A stretch of DNA of 64,000 nt from Oikopleura dioica (lineage: Eukaryota; Animalia; Chordata): positions 10,416,001-10,480,000 of the forward strand of contig OU015566.1 in the NCBI GenBank assembly GCA_907165135.1. Direction: 5' to 3'. Position numbers and translations under genes: made by a program. This document shows positions 22,217 to 34,631 of this stretch, one piece after another (position 1 is the stretch's first letter; every line of letters starts with the position of its first letter). The notes beneath the pieces were generated by a model. The model worked only from the letters and a program-made list of their open reading frames with translations. It was not told the origin of the DNA and ran no database searches.

Positions 22217-25200
22217 ATGATGGACGAGGATCGACTCGAAGCCATAGTCCACGAAAAGCAGCGCCTTCTTAGGCATAATCCCTCGCCTAACCCTCAGGTA
22301 TTTTTCATCATTATTTCATGCCCAAGATCTCTAAGATCATCTGCCGTGGCTCAAGAACTCATTTATAAACGCCGTTCTGGCTTATTTTTTTGCTAATAAT
22401 TAGAAATGATGAAGAGCACAAGGCAGATGCGAGTTCAAACAAAAATTATACCAGTGATTTTTTCTGCAAATTAAAAAATTTTTTACTGAACTCTTATTTT
22501 TGACCGGAATTGGTATTCCCCTCCCGATTTTCATGCCGATGATAGCATACAACCCAAAACGCCGCCTTGATGTAAGTTTTTTTTCTTTCAAAGAGGAAGT
22601 TTGTTAAAAAGTGTTAATTAATTCCGTTTCTTCATTTTCCATGTGCGAGCGAAGCTTTATCTTTATCAATAATTAACTTTTTTTTGCGTTTCAACAATAT
22701 ATCCAGCCACATTTGCGTATTCAATACACGATGAAATTTAACAATTAAACTCAAATCTATTTTTGATGAGAAAATAATTTTTATATAGAAAAAATATCAT
22801 AACTTAGGGTTCATTAATTTTTGACAGTTCAAAGAAAATGAGAAAGAGAGGAGTTTTTCTTCGTAAAGAAGAACGATTAGCGGTAAAGTAACTTCAATCA
22901 ATTGAGAGATTCATTTGAGTTCAAGAGCTCCACTTACTTTTTAATCAGAGGAATAGCGGTATATGAGCTCATTAGAGTGCAAATCTGCTTACAGTCTTGT
23001 CTACCTGCGATTGGACTTATCTCTAAGACCCTACAGTAGTTGTTTCAGAAACACAGTAAATTCCAATTGGCGATTTACAATCAGCAGAGCAGAATGCTAA
23101 TTTGATTTTGTCGCAAATTCGCATCGACTCATTGACATATCAAGCAGCTAGTTTAATCCGACATGCCCTGAGGGATGTGCATTGTTCAGTAAGCCAAGTC
23201 GGCAATTACTCTTTGATCTCTCAATACAGACTTAGAGTCCAGAAAACTCGGTTTATCGGATTTTGGATTATTGGATCAGGGAAATCGAGAGAATCCCTCT
23301 GATGGGGAACGCGAATGCTGGGTACAAATCGAGACTCGATCGTAGAGAAAAAAGGTCGAAATTTTATCGTCTCGCCAAAATTCAGGTTTTCTTTCTTTTT
23401 CTTCAGTGCATGAGATACAGAAAAAATGGGAATAAGAGGCCATTTTATGCAAATAGAGGTAAAAATAGATTTTTATCATTAAAATCCGGAATCGAATTAT
23501 ATTAAATCAGCAAATCTAGCTTTATAAGATAAAATCCATAGAATAAACTTGATAGATTAAACCGTTTGACCCGTGTTAATTTATCAAAAAAGGTCAGTAT
23601 TTGTCTTTTCGAAAGCAAATTATTTTCTTTCCCTCCCTTAGAGATTGAAAACATCGATCACCGAGCAATCACCTGGTTGGCGATTTCATTTTAATTAAAA
23701 AAAACGGGATTATTTTAAATCCCTTATTTCTGATTTTTGAGCTTGAGGATGTTTTCCAGTGGCTCATTACCAGAATCCAAAAAGCCAAGTCCAAAAGAGA
23801 GTGATTTTTCGACGCCTAAAAGGAGGAACCCGAGAAGGAGGGTTGTGAATATTCCGGCTTTGAATGAAATGAGCGCTTTGTCTAGAGAGAAAAGCTCAAA
23901 GTGCCATAACAAAGCTGTTTTCACGAGGCCAAGTCATCTGCAGGTCGAGACCTTTTCCCTCGATTTTCATAAGGTATTAACCTCTGCAATTAAGGTTCTA
24001 TCGCTGGGCGCTGATGTCCTACCAGAGTACAAGCTTCAAAAGCCTCAAATTTCTCCATTCACGATTCTTCACTACTCGCCTTTCAAGGCAATATGGGACT
24101 GGGTCATACTGCTTCTGGTCATTTACACTGCCATCATTACAGTAAGCGCTTCGATCCGCCTTGATACTTGAGTTCTAAGCCTTTCATCGCCGTCTTCTAT
24201 CTCAACCTGGATCACGAGAATATGCCCTGGCAAGCGATGAATTTGAATTATCTCAATGGCCTCAATAATCCGATCGTCATCATAGAGCTCATCGTCGATA
24301 TTATGTTCATCATTGATATCGTGATCAACTTTAGGTTTGAAAGAACAACCATGAGGAATTAAAACCCTTCTAGGACAACATATGTTAATCAAAACGATGA
24401 AGTGATTTCCAATTCCTGGAAAATAGCAATCCATTATTTCAAAGGCTGGTTTCTGATCGACCTCGTCGCCGCGGTCCCTTTCGATCTTCTTGTTCAAAAC
24501 CAGGATCAAGGAAGTGACTCGAGGTAGATTTTTCTTTCCAAGGCAAAGAATAAACCTTATTTCAGCCCCGAACAAACGACACTGATCATCACCCTTTTGA
24601 AAACTGCCCGTCTTTTGCGACTTGTCAGAGTAGCGCGCAAATTAGATCGCTACTCCGAATACGGTGCTGCCGTGCTATTCTTGCTGATGGCAGGATTTGC
24701 GCTGGTTGCGCACTGGCTGGCGTGCATTTGGTATGCAATCGCAAATGCCGAACGGCCTGGCTTGACAAATAGGTAGGTTTAGGTTGAAAAAGTTCATTTC
24801 TTTTTGACGTCAAATAATTTTAAAAATAGAATCGGCTGGCTCGATCAACTTGCGAACACAACGTTGCAGCCCTTCAATGACATCGTCGATCATACTGGGA
24901 AGATTTCGAATTCCTCTGGAGGACCTCCACTTAGCGACAGGTATCTCCACTCAAAACAGATCAAAGATAATCAAATGATCAAAGGTATATCACGGCTCTT
25001 TACTTCACGTTTTCTTCGTTGACTTCTGTTGGCTTTGGAAACGTCAGTCCGAACACGAACAATGAGAAAGTTTGTTCGGTCCTCATTATGCTCATTGGAT
25101 GTGAGTTAATAATCCTTTTGCCGTGAAATGATGTTTTCTTAGCGTTGATGTACGCTTCCATCTTTGGAAACGTCTCGGCAATCATTCAACGACTCTATTC

Positions 25201-26343
25201 TGGAACCGCTCGGTATCATGCTCAGATGAACCGCGTTCGAGAGTTCATCCGATTCCACCAAATTCCGAATCCTCTCCGACAGCGACTAGAAGAGTACTTT
25301 CAACACGCATGGTCGTACACAAACGGAATCGACATGACAATGGTTCTCAAGGGATTTCCTGAATGTCTCCAGGCAGACATTGCTCTTCATTTGAATCGAA
25401 ATTTGCTCAAAGGATGCGAGGCCTTTGCTGGCATGTCGCCTGGATGTCTTAGGTATAATTGATCATCGAGAGCCTATTTATACTTTTTAGGACCTTGTCA
25501 CTGAAGTTTCGAACCACACATGCACCACCCGGCGATACTCTTGTGCATACAGGAGATGTTCTTACTGCGATTTACTTCATCTCAAGGGGGAGCTTGGAGA
25601 TCTTGAAAGATGATCAAGTTGTGGCCATTCTTGGTAAATACTCACTTTCATCAAAAATTTAACCGTTTCTTTAGGAAAGAATGATACCTTCGGTGAAATA
25701 ATGAAGAACAATATCAGAGGCAAATCAAGCTCCACTGTTCGAGCGCTGACTTATTGCGACCTTCATAAAATCCACGCGGACGACATTGCGAGCGTTCTGA
25801 ATATGTATCCAGAACATGCTTGTGATTTCTGGGAGAACTTAGACCTGACTTACAATCTTCGAAAGGTAGAGTCAAATGATCATTCGAATGCGAAGGGATT
25901 AATTTCAGGACTCAACTGACCCATCGTTTCAATCAACTCCTGTCGGTTCACCAAAATCATCTGTTTATAACTTGATTAACAGCTCGATCGATATTGATAA
26001 AGGTGATAGAACTGAATTCTGCATTTTCTCATATGTTCAGATGATAAAATATCAATTACAGAGGAAGATGAGCCAGTGAAGAAAGTAACTGGAGAAGAAA
26101 AATACATAGAACTATCACCAAGCGTATCTGAAACCCCGCAAAAAGAAAACTCTGATACTCTTTCAACAAGAATTGCAGTCATTGAGGATAGACTTCAGCG
26201 ACTTGAGTGAGTTCCCTTCGAATTATTACCTTGCTAATAGAAATTTTAGCTCGAAACTAAGCAGTGAGTTGAGCTCTATAAAACTGTTACTGCTTGAGCT
26301 CACTCAAAAAGAAGTGACAAAAAGTTCAGAAGAAAAAGGATAA
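22217..26343 (+). CDS. ERG-type voltage-gated K+ channel (KCNH2/6/7 family), 5' end uncertain
   Basis: Contains [88 protein letters not shown] and the cyclic-nucleotide-binding homology domain ([25 protein letters not shown]). Confidence 0.9.
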
Positions 26344-26541
26344 AGCCTGCTTTGATCAAATAACGATTTTTAAATTATATTCATCAATTTTCGTTCACTG
26401 CCGATTTCTGTTTATAGTCTTGTTTATAAATTATTATTTTAATAAACTTTTGGTATGATAAAATCTGACTCATTTTCTTGACTTCCTGCCTGCTTCTTCT
26501 CGCAATAGTTCTCAAAAGGAAATCAGTGAGAGACTTTGAGC

Positions 26542-27456
26542 ATGCCACATCAAGTGCCACAGTGTGGCGAAGGTAAATGATAATAGAAAAGCCAAAAAGT
26601 AAGCGCTAGGTTCTGGAGATTTCGACGAGGGATGGCTCTATTATTTGCCCGATAGAACTCATGGTACTGCATGGGTTTGCGAGGAAAATCGAGATGTCAT
26701 TTTGGCGATCTTCTGGATTTCTTTAATCCAATTGATTTTCGCCTCGTTCTCGTTCTTGAGCTCTTTCTGGGATGAACAAGCGGATCTCTTCTCGGTAAAA
26801 ATCAAATTTGAAATGATTCTTGAGCATAAAAGGATGATGACGTCTCAAGAACAGTTCACATGGAAGATCCAGAGATTGAAATCAGCACAACACAGACGAA
26901 CATCAGCAATACTCCAGTTATCATTGTCAACCGAAGGCAACGGAAAATCGTTCAAATTTATCATCGCATTCATACCAGGTTATTTCCGCTTTGCAAAAAA
27001 ATGCATCCAACGGTGTTTTTAGCTATGGCCCAAGAATTCATGAAGTCATAAATGTTATTGCTCCTATCCTTGGTATTTGCGCCATAAAAGGAACGGATGT
27101 TTGCCGATTTTTTAACTATTCAAGCGATTGATCTACTGAATTATATTCTAAAGCGGTCTTATAACATTCGTTGAAAGTGAACTCGCTAGAAATTCTTGAG
27201 GCTTTCTTTGTATTCACTCTATTTGCCCTATTTATCGGACTCATTGTTGGCTGTCTCAGTGGACTTGAAGTAAGATTAAATGGCAACAAAAGAGCTATTG
27301 ATTCTTTAGGCTTGCGAACGAACTGAGCGTATTCATGGTCCAGATGCTGCAAGCTGGTTAACCGCCTGCATCAGTATTGCAATCATTATCATGGTCGTTC
27401 TCAACCTTGCTATGATTGCGCTTAGCGGATCTGTACTCACTACTCGTCTATACTAA
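26542..27456 (+). CDS. Unknown multi-pass (about 4 TM) membrane protein
   Basis: Exons join in frame through short introns (one needs GA-AG, 27091-27189) and give four hydrophobic segments ending LSGSVLTTRLY*. No family was recognised. Confidence 0.45.
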
Positions 27457-27504
27457 GCAATAAAATATAATATTTTAAATATTGATTCAAACTCGGAGTT
27501 TTAT

Positions 27505-27853
27505 TCACTGAATGACAAAAAGAACAGCAGTAAATGCAGCAGACGCAAGAGCAGCTTCTGCTCCACTTTCCCCAAGAGCTTCGTTAACAGCATCGTTAAC
27601 AGCATCGTTAACGCCTTCCAAGTTGATTCCATTCAAGGAGTCAAGAGCACCGTTTGCAGCGTCGATGATATTGTCAGTGTTGATTGAGCCGAGAGCATCT
27701 GATGCTGCATCCAAGGCATCACTAAGGAATAATTATCATAATAGAATAGTTATCAAATTAGACAAAAAACTTCTTTTACCTGATATCCTGAGAGTCGGGA
27801 AGGATCTGGCCGAAAGTGCCCGCAACTAGGCAAAAAAAGTTGGAGAGCTTCAT
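27505..27853 (-). CDS. Small secreted acidic D/N/A-rich protein with GPI-type tail, paralog A
   Basis: Signal peptide MKLSNFFCLVAGTFGQ, one intron, DALGSINTDNIID unit and hydrophobic C-terminus ASAAFTAVLFVIQ*. Clearly homologous to 32839-33358 and 33568-34050. Confidence 0.75.
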
Positions 27854-28274
27854 TTTCTCGAAACCCTGATGATTTAATGAAGACTTCTTTATTGCCGCTC
27901 AAAGTGAAGTGTTTAGTCAAGCATTGATGGACACAAAGATATGTTATTCCTGCGCTCTTTTGTTAATTTTTTCTGGGATTTTCTATGAATAACTAGATGA
28001 TACCTCTATTATCTGTGTGAGTTCGATAAATACGGTTTATTCGCTGACGGTCGCAGATGATACCGTAGTTCCGTCTTAGCCAAGGGCGAATAGCCTTCAA
28101 CAGGAAGTTCGTTCACAATTACAGCTATTCAAGCGCAATGCCGGGTAAATTTGACTTCTACCTGGTTTGAAAGGATCTTGAGATAATACAGTAACGATGG
28201 TCACAATATAATTTAGCTTTGTCTGCCGATTCTGGTCTCCAGTCGACTTACCGGGCAGACGAAGTGTTTTCGAC

Positions 28275-30149
28275 ATGAGCATACCGGCTTTCGCTGTGTC
28301 CTCGGCGTTGAAAGCCTCCAATGTCCTGATCGACAAAAAAGAGACTTTCACGATAAAGGCCATTTTTAAAACTGATCGGTTTGTTACAAATACCCTGACT
28401 GCTCTTCCTGCCATTGCTTTGGCCTCTCTTCTGGTAAGAAATAATTTTATTGACAGGCAAAATAAATTTAGATCATTAAACCCTCGAGTTTTACGGTGGA
28501 CATAGTCACCTGTACCATCAGAGCAAAGCCTGATGCAAAGTCACTTTCTGGAGTTCTTATCCATGACAACTCACAACTCGCCGATCAAAATTTCATCAAC
28601 GCCTACTGTAATGCCAATTTGTACAATTATACAGTCGCCCCAGATGGAACTGTCGGTGCAAACAAGCCAATGTCTTACAAATTCGTCAAAATGTTTCCCT
28701 TTTGCTTGCTAACGTTGATTATTCTTGGCGTCTGGGTAAGTTCTTCGACTACTTTCATATTTTACTCAATTCAAGACCGGGCTTTGCTGGGAAATAACAA
28801 GTAGAAAACGATTGAGCCAGGCTGAGTATCTTTTCGATGGCTTGGAAGAAGCAGCAGGAGATCTTATAAATGCGTTGCGGTCGATTTCGAGTCTCTTGGC
28901 AGCAGGGCCAACGAAGAAAGTGATCAAAGCTCCTCAAGATGGTGGATCGACTAAAATGAGGATTAAAGCAAATCGTAATGCTACGGGTTCGAAGCTTTAG
29001 TTAGAGGGAAATGAAGTTTTTCATCACTGAGACTAGAAAAGGTCGTGACTAACCCAGAAAAGCAAGAGCCTCGCATCGAATAAGTCAAGCTATGAATCTC
29101 GGAAAACTTGACTCTTTTGGCCCGTCTGATGTTCCAGCAAGACCAACTATTACAAGACGAAACAATAATAATGGCTATGACTTCGATTCTGATAAAGATT
29201 CCGACAAGTTTATCGTCAGTTTCATTTTTATTGAATAACCTTCGTAAAGTGGATTTCAGAACAGAGATGCTCAAGTGGATATGAACAACAAAGAAATTCA
29301 GTCCTACAAAAATCTTTCCCATAGCATTCAGGAATTGAAGGTCAAATTCACTAGCAAAGATCTTTTTTACATGATTTTTACCTTCAAAAAGGTGTCTCTT
29401 GACAAATACTTCGCGGAAAATAATATTTACGCAAAGTTCATTGAGTTTGAGGAATATCTTGAAATCCGTGCTTCATCAAAGCAATTTATACGGACTGTCA
29501 GATTCAACAGATTGAATACGTTTCTGGTGACTTTGATTTGCGCCGGTACTTTGGGGTATTACTACATTTGGAGACTTCACTGTAAGCACACGACCTGTTA
29601 TCACAAATAAAAGTCTTTTAGGGGTCTCAAATGCTATCAACTGCAAGTTACCTGAGGTTTACTGGTATAAATACGCGCCTAAAGTGGAACCTTTAGAAGA
29701 GCAAATTTGGACAACCACGAAGTGCTACTTCAAAAACTTGGGGACTTGGGAACGATTCGCACAGATTCTGTTTGTCCTCTACGTTTTCATGGCTCTGTTT
29801 CAGATCATTTTTGCACTGAGCTCTTCAATTAAATGGAAGAAGGCTGACAGACTGATCAAATACCTTCCCTTGAACTGCGCTCTCAATCGGAATTCGATTT
29901 CTGATCTTCATCTTTTGGTCTCAAAAGTTTCAGAAAACGAAGGTGCTAGAAAGGTAATGGATAAAAATGACTTGTAAAGAAAATTCTTTTTAGTCCCTTG
30001 CAATGTGCGACAAAGTGCTGTCAGCGCTAGAAAAATTTGAGCACGAAGAAAAATTCCTGCCAGTATTGATGGAAGTAATTGTTTGGAGCGAGACAGACGA
30101 ACGAGTCGGTGACATTGTCAAGAAAGTCCTTCAGCCAAAGAGCAATTAG
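28275..30149 (+). CDS. Pannexin/innexin-family channel (multi-exon)
   Basis: TDRFVTNTLTALP (Panx VDKMVT...LP), NFINAYC (AFVDSYC), VKMFPFCLL (HKFFPYILL), FEEYLEIRASSK...GTLGYYY (EQYLKTKKNS...YLGYY), two Cys in extracellular loop 2, and LP...SDLHLL..SEN tail. The junction near 28975-29062 is inferred. Confidence 0.75.
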
Positions 30150-30387
30150 AACAACTATTTCAAGTTGAAATTTTCAACCTTCAATTTTTATCCTGACTCT
30201 AGAATAGTACTAACTTTTATAAGGACGCATATTTGTGATCACAATTTTGTTTTTATATTTGTTAGTAAGAATCTTGGATAAATTAGCAATTTACAGTGAG
30301 GGGTTTGAGTACAATTAGTAATAATCCCTGCATAATTTTGTTGTTTTTCAACTTATGGCAGTTCTTGAGGCTGGCGAGATGGGTTGT

Positions 30388-31864
30388 TTAGTATCCAGAA
30401 GGAGCGGTGTATCCCCAACCGGGTCGATCAGTTGGATACCAGTCTTTTGTGCAGCTATCTGTCTCACAGCATTGTCGGCAGACTAAAAGATAGTCAGGGA
30501 TGTTTCATTATTGAAAAGAAGTACCAGAGTGAGTGTATCCTGGCTCAGGTCGGCACTGGGTCCAAGCGGCAGGGTTCGGTAATTTGAGCTCAAGCTAAAA
30601 CTCATTTTGGCTAGACGCTCAAATTTCCTCAAATTGAGAACTCAAAGTGACTTGAGAAATCATTTTGAGAAGATTTGAGAGTTTCGAGAGTTTTGAGTTT
30701 TTGGGAGATTTGAGAGTTTTGAGTTTTCAAAACTCAAATTAAGCGAGCGCTTCCTTGATTGGCTCATGGATCGCCAGAATTGATTTCTCACGTGAGCTCT
30801 CATCTCTGAGTTCTCAAAACTCAAATTAAAAAACGTGAGTCTCAAGCTTTGTTTCCTTGAGTTTTAGCGTGAGCTCAAATTACCGAACCCTGCCAAGCGG
30901 GATTGTTGCCCCAGAAATTCTGCATCTTGTTGTTTTCACATGCCATCTTTTGCTTGCATCCCATTCGGATCTGCTCGGTCTTTCCTTGTCGCTCTCGGAT
31001 TTCAAGCTCGCAAGATTCCTAGAAAGAGCTTTCGAAAAGAATATATCAGCAAGTTTTACCTGGTTAGACTGGCAAGCAACGAGAGAGCCCTGAGCATTGC
31101 AGTCAGCCATGGAGTAAGCGTGGCAAGTCCAGCAGCTCAATTTCGCAGCAGGAGCTGGGTAGTTGTCCTTTCCATAGGCAGCATTGTTTCCATTGTAGCC
31201 AGTGTTGGTATTGTACGTGTTGCCTCCGCTGTAGGCCGTATTGGTGTTGTAAGCAGTGCCGCTGTTGTAGGCGCTGTTTTGATTGTTGTAGTTGTTGCTG
31301 TAGGTCTGGCTGTTAGCGCTCGGCCAGGTGTTCTTAGAAGCAGCAGGTTTCTTGTTATTGACAGCGAAGTTGTTTTTGCCCTTTCCAGCTGGAGCGACAG
31401 TTGTAGTTGTTGTCGTCGTAGTTGAACTAGTAGTCGTTGTAGTCGTCGCTGTTGTTGTCGTGGTGGTTGTTGTTGTGGTCTTTACAGAGTTAAAGAAATA
31501 AGCTAAATATCAGACAGTAAAATTATTTCAACTCTTTCGCTGTGCAGTGGTAGTTGTTGGGAAAGTTGTAGTGGTGGGTTCTTCAGTGGTTGTTGGAGCA
31601 GGAGTCGTTGTTCTTGGCTTTCTCTTCTTTTTCTTGTTTTTCTTGAATCCAGCTCTGGCATCGATGTTGAATCCACCATCGTCTGGCTGAAGCCCGTAAG
31701 CACTGTCGGCATAGCTATCTAAGCTGTAGTCGCTATCGTAGTAGGAGTCGTACTCGTATTCATCTTGAGCGAGGACAACTAGAAAAGGTTAACTAATAAT
31801 TCTCTTATTTACTATCAATACCAGTAGCAGACAAGGCAGCGATTGTGAGGCTAGAGAAAATCAT
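30388..31864 (-). CDS. Secreted protein: Tyr/Asp-rich N-terminus, Thr-rich mucin stalk and 10-Cys Ly6/uPAR-like domain, with a MITE in a coding exon
   Basis: Signal peptide MIFSSLTIAALSAT|VVLAQ, then DEYEYDSYYDSDY, KKNKKKKRK and poly-Thr runs. The Cys domain reads CWTC...C...C...C...GC...C...|TQC...VCRQCCETDSC, and its last Cys cluster lies beyond the insertion. Confidence 0.7.
30570..30892. mobile_element. hAT-type MITE, 323 bp, 35-bp TIR, 8-bp TSD CCAAGCGG
   Basis: TSD at 30562-30569 and 30893-30900. TIRs CAGGGTTCGGTAATTTGAGCTCA(A/C)GCTAAAACTCA differ by one mismatch. The interior has many TTTGAG/CTCAAA motifs. CAG termini with an 8-bp TSD are typical of hAT elements. Confidence 0.9.
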
Positions 31865-32838
31865 ATCGATTTTTTGTGCATACTTCGACTGCAGAAAGAC
31901 CTTTTATAGATAAGAGAAGATGGCGCTGTTTCATTCTTTCCGAGCGCTTCGCGACGGCGATCCAATTATCGGCAATCAAAAGCGAGTAATATCGGAAAGG
32001 TAGCGCTTTCTTCGCCTGCAGAATTCATAAGTTTCTACTTATCATGATCTTTACATCAATTGTTTTTCGTGATTTGATAATTCTATTTTGCCATTGATTG
32101 ATGGGTTATTTGTTAAAGCTTTTGGCTAACACCATCATTATTAAATTGAAAGTATTGAGAAGAATCAAATACTGTGTTAAGCAAAATACAGACTTTATTA
32201 GCTATTATATTTGAAATGCAACTGCAGCAATTTTATCAAAAAACTGCGAATTCTAAAAAAAGTGCGCAAAATATTTAGATTCCCATTTTTTTCTAATTCC
32301 CGTCGAATATCGGTAGTTATCGGAATTTACTCGACCACGTCGCCTGTGAGAGCCGTTACAAACTTTGTTAAATTATTGCGATCTTATAGCGTCAGGGCAA
32401 TCTCATAGAATTAGGGGCGAACAAAAAGCAACAGGAGCACGAAAACAAATGAAGCAAAGGTCATTTCAAAGAAGTGTCCGCATTTCCTTCAAGAAAACTG
32501 ACCTTGCAGAACGGAAAAGGTCAATTTCGACGGAGCGATCGTCGGAATTAGGACGAACCTTCATTTTCATGGAAATCCGTATTTGCTCGAAAATTGAAAA
32601 CTAAATAACTTTTGATACTCTCTCAATTTGCATTTACCAATAAATATAGAAAATGACGCAAGTAGAGAAATATAATAATTTTATTTCGACTTCGATTGAA
32701 GTTTTGCAAAGTTAACAAAAACTTAAGTTTTACAAGAGTATAAATGTTATGTTTCTTGCTATAAAATTTTATGGAAACGCACTTCACTTTGAGCAGCAAT
32801 CAAAAAAAGCCTCATTCTAACATCAAGGTTTCGAGAGA

Positions 32839-33358
32839 ATGAAACTTTCCAAGTTTTTTTGCATAGTTGCGAGCAGCTTCGGGCAGATCCTCCCGGGCTC
32901 ACAGACCATCAGGTAAAGGGATGTATATATTTTTCAACAATTTATGCCTAAGTGATGCTTTTGGTGCTGTACCAGATGCTCTCGGTTCGGTCAACACCGA
33001 CAACTTTTTCGACGTTGCGAACGATGCCCTTGGCTCGATCAACACTGACAACTTTTTCGACGTTGGGAACGATGCTCTTGACTCCTTGGATGGAATCGAC
33101 TTGGATGGCACATTTGATGATGCGCTTAATCTGGCTCAAGAAACTATTGTTGAAAACGGAGCAGAAGCTGCCGCTGCTGCTGATGCACTCACTGATACTG
33201 CTGCGAACGATGCTCCTGTTGACACCTTGGAAGAAACCAACTTGGAAGACGTCATTAACGATGCGGTCGATCTGGCTGACGAAGCTGCTGGAGAAAGTGG
33301 ATCAAAAGCTGTTGCTTTCTCAGCTGCAATCACTTCACTTCTATTTCTCTTTCAATAA
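32839..33358 (+). CDS. Small secreted acidic D/N/A-rich protein with GPI-type tail, paralog B
   Basis: Signal peptide MKLSKFFCIVASSFGQ, intron ending GCCTAAG, tandem 16-aa units (DALGSVNTDNFFDVAN/DALGSINTDNFFDVGN) and tail SAAITSLLFLFQ*. Confidence 0.8.
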
Positions 33359-33567
33359 ATATAACGCAGGAGCTGAATCAATTATTTTACGCTCAGGAAA
33401 GACAAGTTGTGAGAGCAGTTCCGCTACAATTAAAAGGTCTTTTTCGACAAGTTGTCGACAAATTGTCAAAAAGCACACGGTTTACGAGAGTGAACTTGTA
33501 TGTTCAATGCACTTCCCTTTGAGCCACCATAAAAAAGGCCTCATTCAAACATCGAGGTTTCGAGAAA

Positions 33568-34050
33568 ATGAAGTTTTTCAAGGTTTTTTGTTCTGTCGCA
33601 GGCGCTCTCGGGCTAGTTTTTCCCAACTTTCAGAATATCAGGTGAAATAGAAGTTTATAATGTCCAATTCATAAACGATATATGCCTAAGTAATGCTATT
33701 GGCTCAATCAACATTGACAATCTCGTCGATGCTCTTGACAGGTAAAAAAGAACGTCAATCTATTAAACGAATTGCGACTAAGTGACCCGATCGATACAGC
33801 TTTAGACGATGTTGGCTTGATCAACATTGGCAATGTTATCAACGCTACTGCCAATGATACTCTTGACCTCGTGAATGAGATTGACTTCGAAGGCCTAGTT
33901 AACGATGTTGTTAATCTGACCGAGAAAGCTATTGAAGAAAGTGGAGAAAAGGCTGGCGAAGAAATTGGAGCAGAAACCGTTGGAAACGATGGAGCAAAGG
34001 CTGCTATTCCTTCTGCTGCATGCACTGCAGTTCTATTACTTCTTTATTGA
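33568..34050 (+). CDS. Small secreted acidic D/N/A-rich protein with GPI-type tail, paralog C
   Basis: Signal peptide MKFFKVFCSVAGALG, two introns, AIGSINIDNLVDALD unit and tail SAACTAVLLLLY*. Confidence 0.75.
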
Positions 34051-34631
34051 AACTCAATAAATAATCTCTAGGAATCAATAGACAACTGACAATAGTTTAA
34101 GTGCTGCTGTAAAATTTGCAGTGTAAATTCAACAAAAACGAAAACTATGATCATAAAAATCATGAGATTCTCTTCCCCACTTTTTCTTTCAAAAAATTTT
34201 AAAGTCAATAAACTTTGGCCTAAAAAGAAAATGTATTCGTCAAAAATCTCAGATTCATTTTGAGATCTTGACAAAATCGAGATGCAGTGCTGCGGCTGCC
34301 CACAAGTTCAGTGGCGATATGTAGCAATGTTCATTGTGTCGTGGCTTTTTATCTTTTTCTCAGGTAAAAAAGAAAGTGGAAAATTGATAAATATTTTAAC
34401 TAGGCGTTCTTTTCGGCTACTTCATAATTCCAGATTGGATAGAAAGAGACTGGCTTGAAAACGATTCCGCACATGATTGAAAAAAACAGAACTGAAAATA
34501 AAATTCATTTTAGAACTGAGATTTTTAATTAAACTATTTATTTATCCAACCATCGATTCTCTAGAACTTTCTTTTCTCAAGATTTACAAAATCAGCATTT
34601 GCTCATTAGGCGAGAACAAAAAAAAGAAGAG

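Noticed and set aside
30940-31425. Hydrophobic Val-rich plus-strand ORF (161 aa)
   Set aside because: It is the antisense reading of the Thr-rich mucin exon (ACA/ACT codons read as Val/Cys/Ser).
32952-33650. 232-aa Leu/Met/Thr-rich ORF
   Set aside because: It is an off-frame reading of paralog B running into intergenic DNA. The true frame is fixed by the signal exon and the paralogs.
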